A DNA stretch of 38,436 bases, from positions 1-38,436 of IMG/VR virus record IMGVR_UViG_2939147180_000005; one strand, given 5' to 3'. The translations under genes and the position numbers were made by a program. This DNA is from a virus (lineage: Duplodnaviria > Heunggongvirae > Uroviricota > Caudoviricetes). Shown one piece after another: positions 1 to 9,325 of the stretch (position 1 is its first letter; every line of letters starts with the position of its first letter). The notes below the pieces were generated by a model, which was not told the origin of the DNA, did not search any database, and saw nothing but the letters and a program-made list of their open reading frames with translations.

Positions 1-158
1 ATGATGCAATCTGCGGGCATTGTCGTTAATGATGTTACTGTCACCTGGCGTAACGGGCACACAGCACTGCGCGATGCATTCTTCACAGTACCAAGTGGAT
101 CTATTGCCGCTCTGGTTGGGGTAAACGGTTCCGGAAAATCGACGTTGTTTAAAGCGAT
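1..158 (+). pseudogene. sitB: 5' fragment (~52 codons) of an ABC-transporter ATP-binding protein, SitB/MntB-like metal-uptake family, truncated by IS1
   Basis: ATG at 1; translation [54 protein letters not shown] carries Walker [10 protein letters not shown]; frame runs into the IS1 terminal repeat at 159 and stops. Symbol is a recollection. Confidence 0.5.
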
Positions 159-173
159 GGTAATGACTCCAAC

Positions 174-677
174 TTATTGATAGTGTTTTATGTTCAGATA
201 ATGCCCGATGACTTTGTCATGCAGCTCCACCGATTTTGAGAACGACAGCGACTTCCGTCCCAGCCGTGCCAGGTGCTGCCTCAGATTCAGGTTATGCCGC
301 TCAATTCGCTGCGTATATCGCTTGCTGATTACGTGCAGCTTTCCCTTCAGGCGGGATTCATACAGCGGCCAGCCATCCGTCATCCATATCACCACGTCAA
401 AGGGTGACAGCAGGCTCATAAGACGCCCCAGCGTCGCCATAGTGCGCTCACCGAATACGTGCGCAACAACCGTCTTCCGGAGACTGTCATACGCGTAAAA
501 CAGCCAGCGCTGGCGCGATTTAGCCCCGACATAGCCCCACTGTTCGTCCATTTCCGCGCAGACGATGACGTCACTGCCCGGCTGTATGCGCGAGGTTACC
601 GACTGCGGCCTGAGTTTTTTAAGTGACGTAAAATCGTGTTGAGGCCAACGCCCATAATGCGGGCAGTTGCCCGGCAT
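174..677 (-). CDS. insB: IS1 transposase InsB (made as InsAB' by -1 frameshift)
   Basis: 167-aa ORF ending ...[19 protein letters not shown], recognisable as IS1 InsB; overlaps the insA 3' end in the -1 frame. Confidence 0.9.
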
Positions 678-871
678 CCAACGCCATTCATGGCCATATC
701 AATGATTTTCTGGTGCGTACCGGGTTGAGAAGCGGTGTAAGTGAACTGCAGTTGCCATGTTTTACGGCAGTGAGAGCAGAGATAGCGCTGATGTCCGGCG
801 GTGCTTTTGCCGTTACGCACCACCCCGTCAGTAGCTGAACAGGAGGGACAGCTGATAGAAACAGAAGCCAC
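596..871 (-). CDS. insA: IS1 InsA regulator / transposase N-terminal part
   Basis: 91-aa [43 protein letters not shown]... (zinc finger + HTH), recognisable as IS1 InsA. Confidence 0.9.
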
Positions 872-939
872 TGGAGCACCTCAAAAACACCATCATACAC
901 TAAATCAGTAAGTTGGCAGCATCACCAAAACTCCTGACA

Positions 940-966
940 ACAAAAAACCCACCGCGAAGTGGGTTT
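940..966 (-). terminator. Candidate rho-independent terminator for the leftward late transcript
   Basis: Minus strand reads AACCCAC-TTCGCG-GTGGGTT hairpin followed by TTTTTTGT (plus-strand A-run at 941-947). Confidence 0.45.
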
Positions 967-1086
967 CAGGCGACATAATAGTAGATATAGCGATTACGAG
1001 GCCACGCAATGCTTTTCTCCAGGAGCATCATCGATTTAATTAAAGACACCATCACATCTCTGTAACAGAGTGTACGTAATTAACAA

Positions 1087-1320
1087 CTACACACACTGCT
1101 CCTGAAAATACTGGTCATCCAGTGCAAAGATCACTGCTTCAAATTCATCGCGCTCAATCAATACCGGATGAGTGGCTAAATATTCATTTATCTCTGTCAG
1201 AGATAAAGGCAAAGGCACCCCAGCCATTCCAGCATAACGTCGGGCACGGGATATTACCGAATAGGCGTACAACAACTCCTTAAGCACCGGGTCTATTTCT
1301 GGTTCCGGTATCGGTGGCAA
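1087..1320 (-). CDS. Hypothetical small protein, last ORF of the truncated tail module
   Basis: 77-aa ORF downstream of the putative tail chaperone; no motif recognised; call is positional. Confidence 0.35.
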   Translation of the reverse strand: MPPIPEPEIDPVLKELLYAYSVISRARRYAGMAGVPLPLSLTEINEYLATHPVLIERDEFEAVIFALDDQYFQEQCV

Positions 1321-1394
1321 CCTGAGTTTTTCTCGCTTCCATCTTGCCTTTTCCCCCCTTTCTCCCCCGAACTCCGATAACCACCGCTGGGCAG

Positions 1395-1856
1395 CTATGG
1401 CTTTTTTATCGTATCCTGCTTCTGCTGCTCTTTACCCTGGGCGATGCTGGCTGCTTCTGCAAGGATCTGCCAGTACAACTCTGGATTCTGCTTAAGCAGC
1501 GCGATCCCTCGTTCTGCCGTATATTCCAGTGCAACCTCAACACCATTAACCAGTTCACCAACCCCTTTCCAGTCTTTCAGCAGATAACGAGCGGCATTAT
1601 CAATGAGTAAATCATCAACAGAATCCACCTCGGAAACCTTTGAAATATCAAACTCCTTCGTTCCGACGTGCAAACTGGCATCCATTTTCTCAATGTGGCG
1701 ACGGATTAATGCATTACGGGAGCGATACTGATCGTTATCGCTGCTTGCCACCAACAGTTTTAACCCGTCTACAGGTTTTAAGTCCTTCATTGGCGTAAAC
1801 CAGCGTTCTCCACCAATGATAATTTTCTGATTAAGAATAAACATCCATAACCTCAT
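1395..1856 (-). CDS. Putative tail assembly chaperone
   Basis: 153-aa acidic ORF immediately downstream of the major tail gene; positional inference only. Confidence 0.4.
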   Translation of the reverse strand: MRLWMFILNQKIIIGGERWFTPMKDLKPVDGLKLLVASSDNDQYRSRNALIRRHIEKMDASLHVGTKEFDISKVSEVDSVDDLLIDNAARYLLKDWKGVGELVNGVEVALEYTAERGIALLKQNPELYWQILAEAASIAQGKEQQKQDTIKKP

Positions 1857-1917
1857 TCAATGCGTCCCCCTGTAGGGCAGTACCACAGGAGGAATAACGG
1901 AAAATCAACTAATCGCC

Positions 1918-2868
1918 TCAGCACTGGCTTTTGCGATCACGGCAGCCGGGGAGGCTTTTTTTTCTGGTTATCGTAGGTGCTTCATCTGCTGCGGTAATGC
2001 TCAATTGAACCTGGATAATGTCGGTATTACCCCCATCAGGCCATTCACCTGACACCTGAACCTTCGGGAAACTGAAAGTGTATGCCCCCTCTCCATTCGA
2101 AAGCGTGAAGCTGAACGGAACTGTTTCTCCAGTCAGTGTTTTACTCCAGATTTCCCACGCGGCTTTAGACCATGAAAGCGTCACCGTACCGGACGGTGTA
2201 AAAGTAGTCGGAATATTTGCTCCTGCATAAGGCGAGCCAGTCCCGATACAACGCTGTGTCTGGAGTTTGTTATCGAACTGAATATCAAAACTGTCGATAC
2301 AAAAACCGTTACCTCCGGCAACACCATTCAGGCTTACTGCTGAAACCTCCTTAAACGAATAACGTAGCTTTCCTGCACTATCCACAGGTTCGCCTTTGAT
2401 AAAATTCGTATCATCGGCCTTTGATTCCCAGTCCAGTCCGGCAAAGGTTACGGTCGCTGTAATATCGCCGTCGTTAGGGATCTGCATTTTCCATGAGCCA
2501 ACCTGCGCTCCTCTGACGACAGAGGCAATTCCGACATCGGACGCATAGGTCGCCAGAGAAAATGTTATTCGCTCATTCCCCATTGTCAGAGAATCGCCTG
2601 ACCATTCCGCGCCGAAACAGGATGCAAGAAAATCATCATGTTGACCCCAGCGAAATTTGGTACCAACATCACCGCCGACATCCACAGTGCCAGGCGTCGC
2701 CCCCTGAGCCATCCGGGAGCCACCAATCTCATTATTTTCGCTTTTATTCTGGGTGGGTTTTACTCCCCAGCTTGTGCGTTTTAATAAACTCCAGTCACCA
2801 CTTGCTGGCGTAGTGCCTGCAACCGTCTCCCGGATAAATGCCGAGATAACCTTTGCACCTGAACTCAC
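1918..2868 (-). CDS. Putative major tail (tube) protein
   Basis: 316-aa Gly/Thr/Ser-rich ORF; GTG start at 2868 with AGGAGG 6 nt upstream; position after the head-tail joining genes. Confidence 0.45.
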   Translation of the reverse strand: MSSGAKVISAFIRETVAGTTPASGDWSLLKRTSWGVKPTQNKSENNEIGGSRMAQGATPGTVDVGGDVGTKFRWGQHDDFLASCFGAEWSGDSLTMGNERITFSLATYASDVGIASVVRGAQVGSWKMQIPNDGDITATVTFAGLDWESKADDTNFIKGEPVDSAGKLRYSFKEVSAVSLNGVAGGNGFCIDSFDIQFDNKLQTQRCIGTGSPYAGANIPTTFTPSGTVTLSWSKAAWEIWSKTLTGETVPFSFTLSNGEGAYTFSFPKVQVSGEWPDGGNTDIIQVQLSITAADEAPTITRKKSLPGCRDRKSQC

Positions 2869-2894
2869 AGGAGCCTCCTATGTCATTAATTGCG

Positions 2895-3287
2895 CTAGAG
2901 CGCGCGATATGGAATTTGAAGATTAAGCTGGAACCAGCCATTCTTTTCGCCAACGGCTATTGAGGAAACAACCTGGTAACTGAGACGATCGTCATCCTGA
3001 AACTCAAACAGTTCCCGCAATTTATCGGCTGTCTCAGTAATGAGTTTTGAACCAGAACCTGCGGGGACAAATAACTGAATAATGATTATCCCCGTGCGAT
3101 AAACAACCGGCCCCGCGCCAATTTCATTAACTCCAGCCTGCCCGGGAATATTACTTAAACGCGCCCAGATTAACTTACCGGAAGGATCGAACGTTGGCCC
3201 GTTCGGATACAATACGTCTTTTCCATCAATAACCGTCTGTGCCGTCATTCTGGAAATGACCGTATTTCTGATTTCAGTAAACGTCAT
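2895..3287 (-). CDS. Putative tail completion / tail terminator protein
   Basis: 130-aa ORF in the head-tail joining block; positional inference. Confidence 0.4.
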   Translation of the reverse strand: MTFTEIRNTVISRMTAQTVIDGKDVLYPNGPTFDPSGKLIWARLSNIPGQAGVNEIGAGPVVYRTGIIIIQLFVPAGSGSKLITETADKLRELFEFQDDDRLSYQVVSSIAVGEKNGWFQLNLQIPYRAL

Positions 3288-3664
3288 TTGTAAGCCTGTA
3301 AAACACCATTAAAAGCGTTGGCATACACGCCAGTTGGCGCTTGTTGTGAATGACCGTTTTCAAGAGCCTCTGCATAAGGAAGGTTATTCTGGATATAAAT
3401 AATTCCGTAATTTGCAGCTTTCGAAATAACTCCGATCCCACGCTGAACCGCAATCGTACCGTTCGGATCCACGTTATCAGATATACCAAAATCGGGATAC
3501 TGTAACGACACCATGTTGTTATTTCTGAAACGCCCGGTATCAACCGGAGCAGCAATATCAATAGCAGTAAGAATCTGAATAGCGATGTAGCGAATTTTCA
3601 GCCCCACATCTTCCTCAATCATCCCGGCAAATATTGACGGTTCGATATCCCATGCCTTTGCCAT
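3284..3664 (-). CDS. Putative head-tail joining protein (HK97 gp10-like)
   Basis: 126-aa ORF overlapping its neighbours by 4 nt (translational coupling); family assignment from memory, unverified. Confidence 0.4.
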   Translation of the reverse strand: MAKAWDIEPSIFAGMIEEDVGLKIRYIAIQILTAIDIAAPVDTGRFRNNNMVSLQYPDFGISDNVDPNGTIAVQRGIGVISKAANYGIIYIQNNLPYAEALENGHSQQAPTGVYANAFNGVLQAYK

Positions 3665-4051
3665 TTACGCTCTCCTTAACTGGATTGAGTAAACTGATGC
3701 GGAAGGATCTACACTCGCTGTAATTACCTCGTATCGTTGCAACTGCCTTGATACAGAATCATAAATCTCAATAATATGACCGACAGCGGGTTTATCCGTA
3801 ACCTCGCATACCAGAGCAGTTAATTTAAGGTCACCATGCAAAATATTAATCCCATCAATTCTGCCCAGCTTATAACGCGTCAACACGCCTCGCCCGGTAT
3901 AGGTTGCTGTGGATTCACCGCCAGTTTCAGTCACAGGATCCCAGTTCCGGTACGTAACGTAAGAACCAGAAAAATCACTCACGACGTCTGCTAAATCCTC
4001 ATCAAAAGCAGCGGCAACCTCTGACTGAATCTCTTCACGAACCCCCATCAT
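3665..4051 (-). CDS. Putative head-tail adaptor / head closure protein
   Basis: 128-aa ORF, tightly packed in the late operon. Confidence 0.4.
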   Translation of the reverse strand: MMGVREEIQSEVAAAFDEDLADVVSDFSGSYVTYRNWDPVTETGGESTATYTGRGVLTRYKLGRIDGINILHGDLKLTALVCEVTDKPAVGHIIEIYDSVSRQLQRYEVITASVDPSASVYSIQLRRA

Positions 4052-4443
4052 CCCCCCCTCACAACCCTGACTTGTGAGCGACTAAGTCCGTACGGTTTCA
4101 GCAGTGCTATCGCAAGCTGTAAATCGGGTTCAAGCAATGCAGTGCTGTTTGCTGGCAATTCAGCAAATGATTTCGATACACTGACCCCGTCAGCCGACAC
4201 GGCTTTACTGATAATAACGCCTGAATCATTTTTCTGCTGAAACAACTTACCGACAGAGGCAATTCTGGCTGCATATGCTCCCGCAAGTTTTACCTCTTCC
4301 GGAATACGGGATGGGTTAATTTTCAGGCTGAAGCCATTAAGCCAGGCATTAGCCATTAAAACAGCTTTATTTTTAGCGTTCTCACTCGTCCAGGCGTTCC
4401 CAAACGCATTATCAACGTCATCACAGGTCACGTAAGTGATCAT
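4048..4443 (-). CDS. Putative head-tail connector protein
   Basis: 131-aa ORF, 4-nt overlap with the downstream gene. Confidence 0.4.
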   Translation of the reverse strand: MITYVTCDDVDNAFGNAWTSENAKNKAVLMANAWLNGFSLKINPSRIPEEVKLAGAYAARIASVGKLFQQKNDSGVIISKAVSADGVSVSKSFAELPANSTALLEPDLQLAIALLKPYGLSRSQVRVVRGG

Positions 4444-4446
4444 GTG

Positions 4447-4671
4447 TTACTCCTGAGTTTTCCAGCCCAGAGCCTTCCAGTTGTCAACTTCATCAGGATG
4501 AACATTAGCGATAGTTGGTGCGCCGGGAAACATCTGATAATCGGTCACCATAACCACTAACTCAATTTGCGTTTTTTGTGGCTCCTGAATTTGCTCCACA
4601 TTTTGCTCCACCACTGCATTTTTTTGCGCGGCTTCACGCTGTGCTCTTTGCTCTTTAGTTAATCCGGCCAT
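4447..4671 (-). CDS. Hypothetical small head-associated protein
   Basis: 74-aa ORF directly downstream of the capsid gene. Confidence 0.35.
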   Translation of the reverse strand: MAGLTKEQRAQREAAQKNAVVEQNVEQIQEPQKTQIELVVMVTDYQMFPGAPTIANVHPDEVDNWKALGWKTQE

Positions 4672-4713
4672 ATACCCTCCATTAAAAATGGGGCCGAAGC
4701 CCCATTTGGATGT

Positions 4714-5856
4714 TTAACCAAGAATCAGACAACCATGTGCCGGTTTCACTGACGAAACACCCCATGCCAGTCCAACTTCATAGCGCACCTGGCGATACTG
4801 ACGATACAGTGCAATCTGGAACGTAATCCCTGAAATCGGGTCCGTAACATTCATTACATCATCAGCATTATCGCCACCTTCCGGCATTGCCGGAGTACGG
4901 GATGCCAGCAGAAACGCGTTGCGATCAAACGCCATATTTGCAGTAAAAGAGCCAACAACTGTGATTGCAGTATCATCGGCCAGATCCTGACGCAGTCCCG
5001 GCGCTGCAAGAGTAATCAGATTGCTGGTCGCTGCTGCCACAACATACTGATTCGGATCGCCAGCGAACGTAACAATCTGACCTGCAGAAATACTCCCCGA
5101 ACCAGTATCAATGGAAATAAGAACATCGCCTTCTTTTTTCTCGCCATTCACGAGATAACCTGTTGCAGCAACCTTTGGCGCTCGTTTTACACCTGCCGAA
5201 CTGTGAATATTGAATCCCTCCAGACGCCCCAACACGCCCTCACGCAGTAGCTGTTCAGTGCCGGATTCATTCACTTTAAACAATACAGACTGTTTTCCGC
5301 GCAAATTAGCAATGGCAGTGGAACCAAGCACCATCTGCAGATCTGTTGTCGGTGCGCCGTTATCCTCCAGAACCTGACGAGCCAGAGCAGCATCAGAAAG
5401 ATCATCTTTAACACCAAACGGCGTTGTCCCTGCGGTTCCCACGGCGCGGGAAGCACCGAAATACAACGCACCAAGATCAGCCTCAACCTCGTTTGCAAGG
5501 GCGCGAAAAGCCTGCTTGAACTGATCAGCCAGAATGGTGTTGTAAGTCCCTGAAGGGCCAAGAGCCAGTTGTTCTTCACCATTCCATTTAACCGGCGCCA
5601 TTTTGGATTTAGTAATTTTTACATCAACAGTGCCAATATTTTGATCACCGGTATTCGGAGCTGACGGCCCCGGTACGATATCTTCGGTTTTCGCCTCAGG
5701 CGCAACTGACGCGGTTACCGTCTGATCTTTTGCTGCGGCGTCAGCTTTTGCGTTTTTTGCTACCGCAGGGATAAAACCTACCTGCTCACGGGATACAACA
5801 TCCAGGGCGGTGTAAATAGTCGGGATCAACCCGGTCAGGGTATTTCCAGCCATAAT
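4714..5856 (-). CDS. Major capsid (coat) protein, P22-coat-like
   Basis: Start re-set to ATG at 5856 (MAGNTLTGLIP...) with AAGGAA RBS; ~380 aa; follows the scaffold gene. Confidence 0.65.
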   Translation of the reverse strand: MMAGNTLTGLIPTIYTALDVVSREQVGFIPAVAKNAKADAAAKDQTVTASVAPEAKTEDIVPGPSAPNTGDQNIGTVDVKITKSKMAPVKWNGEEQLALGPSGTYNTILADQFKQAFRALANEVEADLGALYFGASRAVGTAGTTPFGVKDDLSDAALARQVLEDNGAPTTDLQMVLGSTAIANLRGKQSVLFKVNESGTEQLLREGVLGRLEGFNIHSSAGVKRAPKVAATGYLVNGEKKEGDVLISIDTGSGSISAGQIVTFAGDPNQYVVAAATSNLITLAAPGLRQDLADDTAITVVGSFTANMAFDRNAFLLASRTPAMPEGGDNADDVMNVTDPISGITFQIALYRQYRQVRYEVGLAWGVSSVKPAHGCLILG

Positions 5857-5951
5857 TAAATATTCCTTAAAAATTTGCGTAATTGTGAATAGATGGAGTA
5901 ATGAGCTATCCAGCCCTGACACCAGCTCCCATCCGGAAGCTGACAAATGTG

Positions 5952-6716
5952 TTAATCAACAATTGTGATACCGTCTTTCAATGCGTTTTGCTTACCTGCA
6001 ACATCCAGTGCATCAAAAGCAGAGCGTTTCATCGTTTTCTGACCAATATCATGCTGTGTCGGACGGGAGCCGCCGCCATTGTTGCCACTGGCTTTCAGGA
6101 TGTAGTCTTTCTGAGGGTAATTTTCGACGAGGAACTCCAGCGCCTCATCAAACTGCGCCAGTTCGCCAGGCTTCGCGCGGGAATAAATTTTGTTGCCGGA
6201 AGCGTCATAAGCAACGATCTTCCCTTCTTCCACTTTGAATGCCTGCCCGAAGCGGGCTTGTAATAAATCTGCCGGGATCGCAATTTTATCGGCAATATAT
6301 TTTGAACCCGCAAAACTACCGCCAATCATAGAATCGTAAAGCTGCGTCTCCAGCATCTGAGAGCGTTGCTTTTCTTCATCTAATTGCTGCTGAAAATTTT
6401 TCGTAATTTCTGCCTTAACCTGGTCAACCTGTCCCGCACCGATCAGCTTTTTCTGGTCGATTTTTGACAGCATTTCCAGTGCCTCAATCGCCTTCTTCGG
6501 GTCTTCGATAGCGGCAAACTTAGCCAGTTTTTCCTCTGCAGCTTCTTTAGCCAGGCGATGATTTTTTGCCTCGCCATTAAGCTCTGTAATTTTTTTTGTC
6601 GCCAGCGGTGCATCGAAGCCGATTTCTTTACCATCGTCGTGCACATAGACTGGCAGGCCAGCAGTATCAATTTCTGCGTATTGTTTTCCGTTAATCTCGA
6701 CCGTTTTCAGTTTCAT
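5952..6716 (-). CDS. Putative scaffolding protein
   Basis: Charged, coiled-coil-like composition (…AEEKLAKFAAIEDPKKAIEALEMLSKIDQ…QQQLDEEKQRSQMLETQL…); sits between head morphogenesis and capsid genes; start at MKLKTVEINGK chosen, upstream GTG also possible. Confidence 0.5.
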   Translation of the reverse strand: MKLKTVEINGKQYAEIDTAGLPVYVHDDGKEIGFDAPLATKKITELNGEAKNHRLAKEAAEEKLAKFAAIEDPKKAIEALEMLSKIDQKKLIGAGQVDQVKAEITKNFQQQLDEEKQRSQMLETQLYDSMIGGSFAGSKYIADKIAIPADLLQARFGQAFKVEEGKIVAYDASGNKIYSRAKPGELAQFDEALEFLVENYPQKDYILKASGNNGGGSRPTQHDIGQKTMKRSAFDALDVAGKQNALKDGITIVD

Positions 6717-6820
6717 ATTAGTACCTGGTTTAAGTCTTCCGACAGTTGCGCTGCTCACCATCCGGATCGCAGCAATAAAAAAGGCCACCCGAAGGTAGCC
6801 TGTTGTAATAAAGGATTTAT

Positions 6821-7936
6821 TTAAATCCCTGCTTTTCTGAATGCCTGTGCATCACGCTCTCGGAGTTGCTTCAGTGTCAGCCATTCGCCTTTATCGGTGT
6901 AAAATTCATCTGGCGACATACCGCCATCCCGAATCGGCTTTGCCCGGGTTTCCCCCACAATCTTTTTTTGTCTGGTGTAAGGCTGGCGCAAAAACCATTC
7001 CCTGTAGGTTGTATCTCCGGCCACCACGCCATCCATGCTGGCCCGCTCAGCCGGGGAAATATCACGAACATCAATACCCAGTTCCTTCGCTGATTTCAGA
7101 ATGAACGTTTCCGTTGAGCGACAGCAGAAATGAATTTTCCCCGGCCCCTGTAAATAAGGCACGCTGTGACCTACAGGTTTATTATCCAGCGTATATTTGA
7201 GGCGATCCCTGATTCGACATTGTGGCGTAGTACGATTATCAAGCGTTGATAACCATTGCTTACCCTTAATCAAATCATTATTCGCGCTGGCAAAACTCTC
7301 ACGGGCAGTAGCAGCAAGATGTCCAACCGCTGTTTTTGCAATGCTGGCCGCATTAGCCCGACTCATCTGCAATGCACCATCCTGAAATCCCTTACTGACA
7401 TGTCCCCGAATTTTTCTTGCGATCTGCTCATTGGTATCCCCCAACAAAAAACCCTGACGCACCGTATTTGTTATGCGTCTGAGCCGATCCGCCTCAAGAT
7501 CTGAGGCCCACTCACTGAGCAGTCGTCCCTGGAATGGTCGCGCCATTGCAGCAGCATAAAGTGCATCAGGTGAGATACCAACCAGAGGATGAACATCAGC
7601 AACAAAATCAGGTAGCAGAGAATCAAACAGACTTAACTGATAACCAGCCTCATAAACTGCCAGCTCGTTCAGCTCTCCGGAGAGACTGGTAAACATGCTG
7701 TTAATAGCAGCGCGGTTAACCTCTCTGACACTCGCCAGAAGTGACTCCAGGCGCGTAACGGTGAAACTACTTGGATCGAGGCTGTCCAGTGCCACCAACA
7801 GGCGAGATGTAAGCTCCGCATCGCTGACATTCAGTGTTTTCACCATTCTGGCAGCCACACCAGTGCTATAGCGAGATATCCAGACTGCATGAGCAATTGA
7901 TTCATCACGCAGCCGTTCATTCACGGTTTGCATCAT
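6821..7936 (-). CDS. Head morphogenesis protein (Mu F / SPP1 gp7-like minor head protein)
   Basis: 371-aa ORF immediately after the portal gene; family from memory. Confidence 0.6.
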   Translation of the reverse strand: MMQTVNERLRDESIAHAVWISRYSTGVAARMVKTLNVSDAELTSRLLVALDSLDPSSFTVTRLESLLASVREVNRAAINSMFTSLSGELNELAVYEAGYQLSLFDSLLPDFVADVHPLVGISPDALYAAAMARPFQGRLLSEWASDLEADRLRRITNTVRQGFLLGDTNEQIARKIRGHVSKGFQDGALQMSRANAASIAKTAVGHLAATARESFASANNDLIKGKQWLSTLDNRTTPQCRIRDRLKYTLDNKPVGHSVPYLQGPGKIHFCCRSTETFILKSAKELGIDVRDISPAERASMDGVVAGDTTYREWFLRQPYTRQKKIVGETRAKPIRDGGMSPDEFYTDKGEWLTLKQLRERDAQAFRKAGI

Positions 7937-9323
7937 TGATTTCCATCAGCATTACACTCTGATTTTTTAATTCATCGATCACTTCCTCTGGACGGGAATC
8001 CTGATCGATAAATTTCAACGCCTGCAACACCCGAACCGCATCAATCTGACGTATATCACCGCCCTGACGCAATGACTGAACAGCCAGCGCGGAGGATGAG
8101 TCAAACACCTGGGCAGATACATCCAGTTCAGTGCGCACATCCACATTGCCGCCGCAACTCTCTCCGATCCATTCCGCCATTATCTGGAGAATATTATCGA
8201 GGGCATCTTCGAGGGAGTTCGCCATTGTATAAAGCGGCGAGTTTTCCTGCATCCGCTCTTCATTAGTCTGATCAACAGATTTGGTGGATGTATTTTCAGC
8301 CCGCAGAAGTTTAGCGCCGGCATGACGCATTTGATTTTCCAGCTTCTCCAGTGATGTTTCGCCAGATTCTATCGCTGCCCCACTATGTTCAACATATTCG
8401 AGGCCATTTTTTGTTCTGTCCTCAAAAATCGTAGCGGTGGATGCACCAACCGTCAGTTCTTCATTCCTGTCCAGCCCGTAGGCCACCAGCAATGGGACGC
8501 GGGCAACATGAAGAATATTGTCCTGCTCGCTCTGGCTTTGCCAGTGCTTGATATTCAGCAAGCCAAGATTAAGCAATGGCGGTGTACCACGCATAAACCC
8601 TGTTTTCTTCGTATACAGTGTTACCAGAGGAATATCATCACGGCTGGTATTCCATGACTCGTGAAGCGTCCAGACAGATTCGCCATTAGTACCTTCGCTG
8701 CGTCGATAAATTTCAACGCAACGGGGCATAATATGGCGGATCTGCTCCACCTTCTTCTGCCCGAAATCATCACCATCAACAATGATGACCTCTTTTATAC
8801 GCAAATCAGTAAGAACAACTTTCCCTTTTTCAACTTTCGATTTCCATCCAATAACCTGGCGTGGATTCAGCATCGTAACGTATGGGCGACCACCAGCCGC
8901 ATTTTCATCGGCTTTTGTCCGGATCTCCTTCATATCCGTTCGTGGATAGTCCACCAGCGCATGTGCCACACCATACTGAAATGCGAGGCTGAAAAATTGC
9001 TGCGCCCACACATCCAGTCGGCTCCCCTCCATGTCGATATTTTCTGCATATTCCCTGATTTTTTCCGGCGTTTCCTCACTCAATACTGTCGGCTCTGCAA
9101 ATATGCGTCCAATATTTTGCTTAATGCTTTCTTCATACACAGGAAGTAGCGTAGCCACAGACAGGCGTTTTTTATAAGCGTCTTCATCTTCGTTAGGCCA
9201 TTTTGGGAGATAATTTTCCCCCTGCCTGCGCATTTCAAGCGTACCGCCCATCAGTGCGTCGTTAATATCCCACGCCTCCAGCATATCGTTATAGTCGAGG
9301 TTGGGTGTTGATATATCAGCCAT
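7917..9323 (-). CDS. Portal protein
   Basis: 468-aa ORF with ATG at 9323, directly downstream of TerL (stop/start 3 nt apart). Confidence 0.65.
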   Translation of the reverse strand: MADISTPNLDYNDMLEAWDINDALMGGTLEMRRQGENYLPKWPNEDEDAYKKRLSVATLLPVYEESIKQNIGRIFAEPTVLSEETPEKIREYAENIDMEGSRLDVWAQQFFSLAFQYGVAHALVDYPRTDMKEIRTKADENAAGGRPYVTMLNPRQVIGWKSKVEKGKVVLTDLRIKEVIIVDGDDFGQKKVEQIRHIMPRCVEIYRRSEGTNGESVWTLHESWNTSRDDIPLVTLYTKKTGFMRGTPPLLNLGLLNIKHWQSQSEQDNILHVARVPLLVAYGLDRNEELTVGASTATIFEDRTKNGLEYVEHSGAAIESGETSLEKLENQMRHAGAKLLRAENTSTKSVDQTNEERMQENSPLYTMANSLEDALDNILQIMAEWIGESCGGNVDVRTELDVSAQVFDSSSALAVQSLRQGGDIRQIDAVRVLQALKFIDQDSRPEEVIDELKNQSVMLMEINDANRE

Positions 9324-9325
9324 AA

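Larger units (their letters stand above)
159..926 (-). mobile_element. IS1 insertion sequence (768 bp), complete
   Basis: Ends GGTAATGACTCCAACTTATTGATAGTG (159-) and ...CAGTAAGTTGGCAGCATCACC (-926) match the IS1 terminal inverted repeats; insA and insB ORFs inside on the minus strand. Confidence 0.95.

Noticed and set aside
208-498. 96-aa plus-strand ORF inside IS1
   Set aside because: Antisense to insB within a well-known IS; no known IS1 protein here; an artefact of the GC-rich antisense frame.
688-900. 70-aa minus-strand ORF overlapping insA
   Set aside because: Alternative frame inside IS1; not a described IS1 product.
5271-5582. 103-aa ORF nested in the capsid gene
   Set aside because: Fully embedded in a different frame of a confidently assigned structural gene; no start signal.
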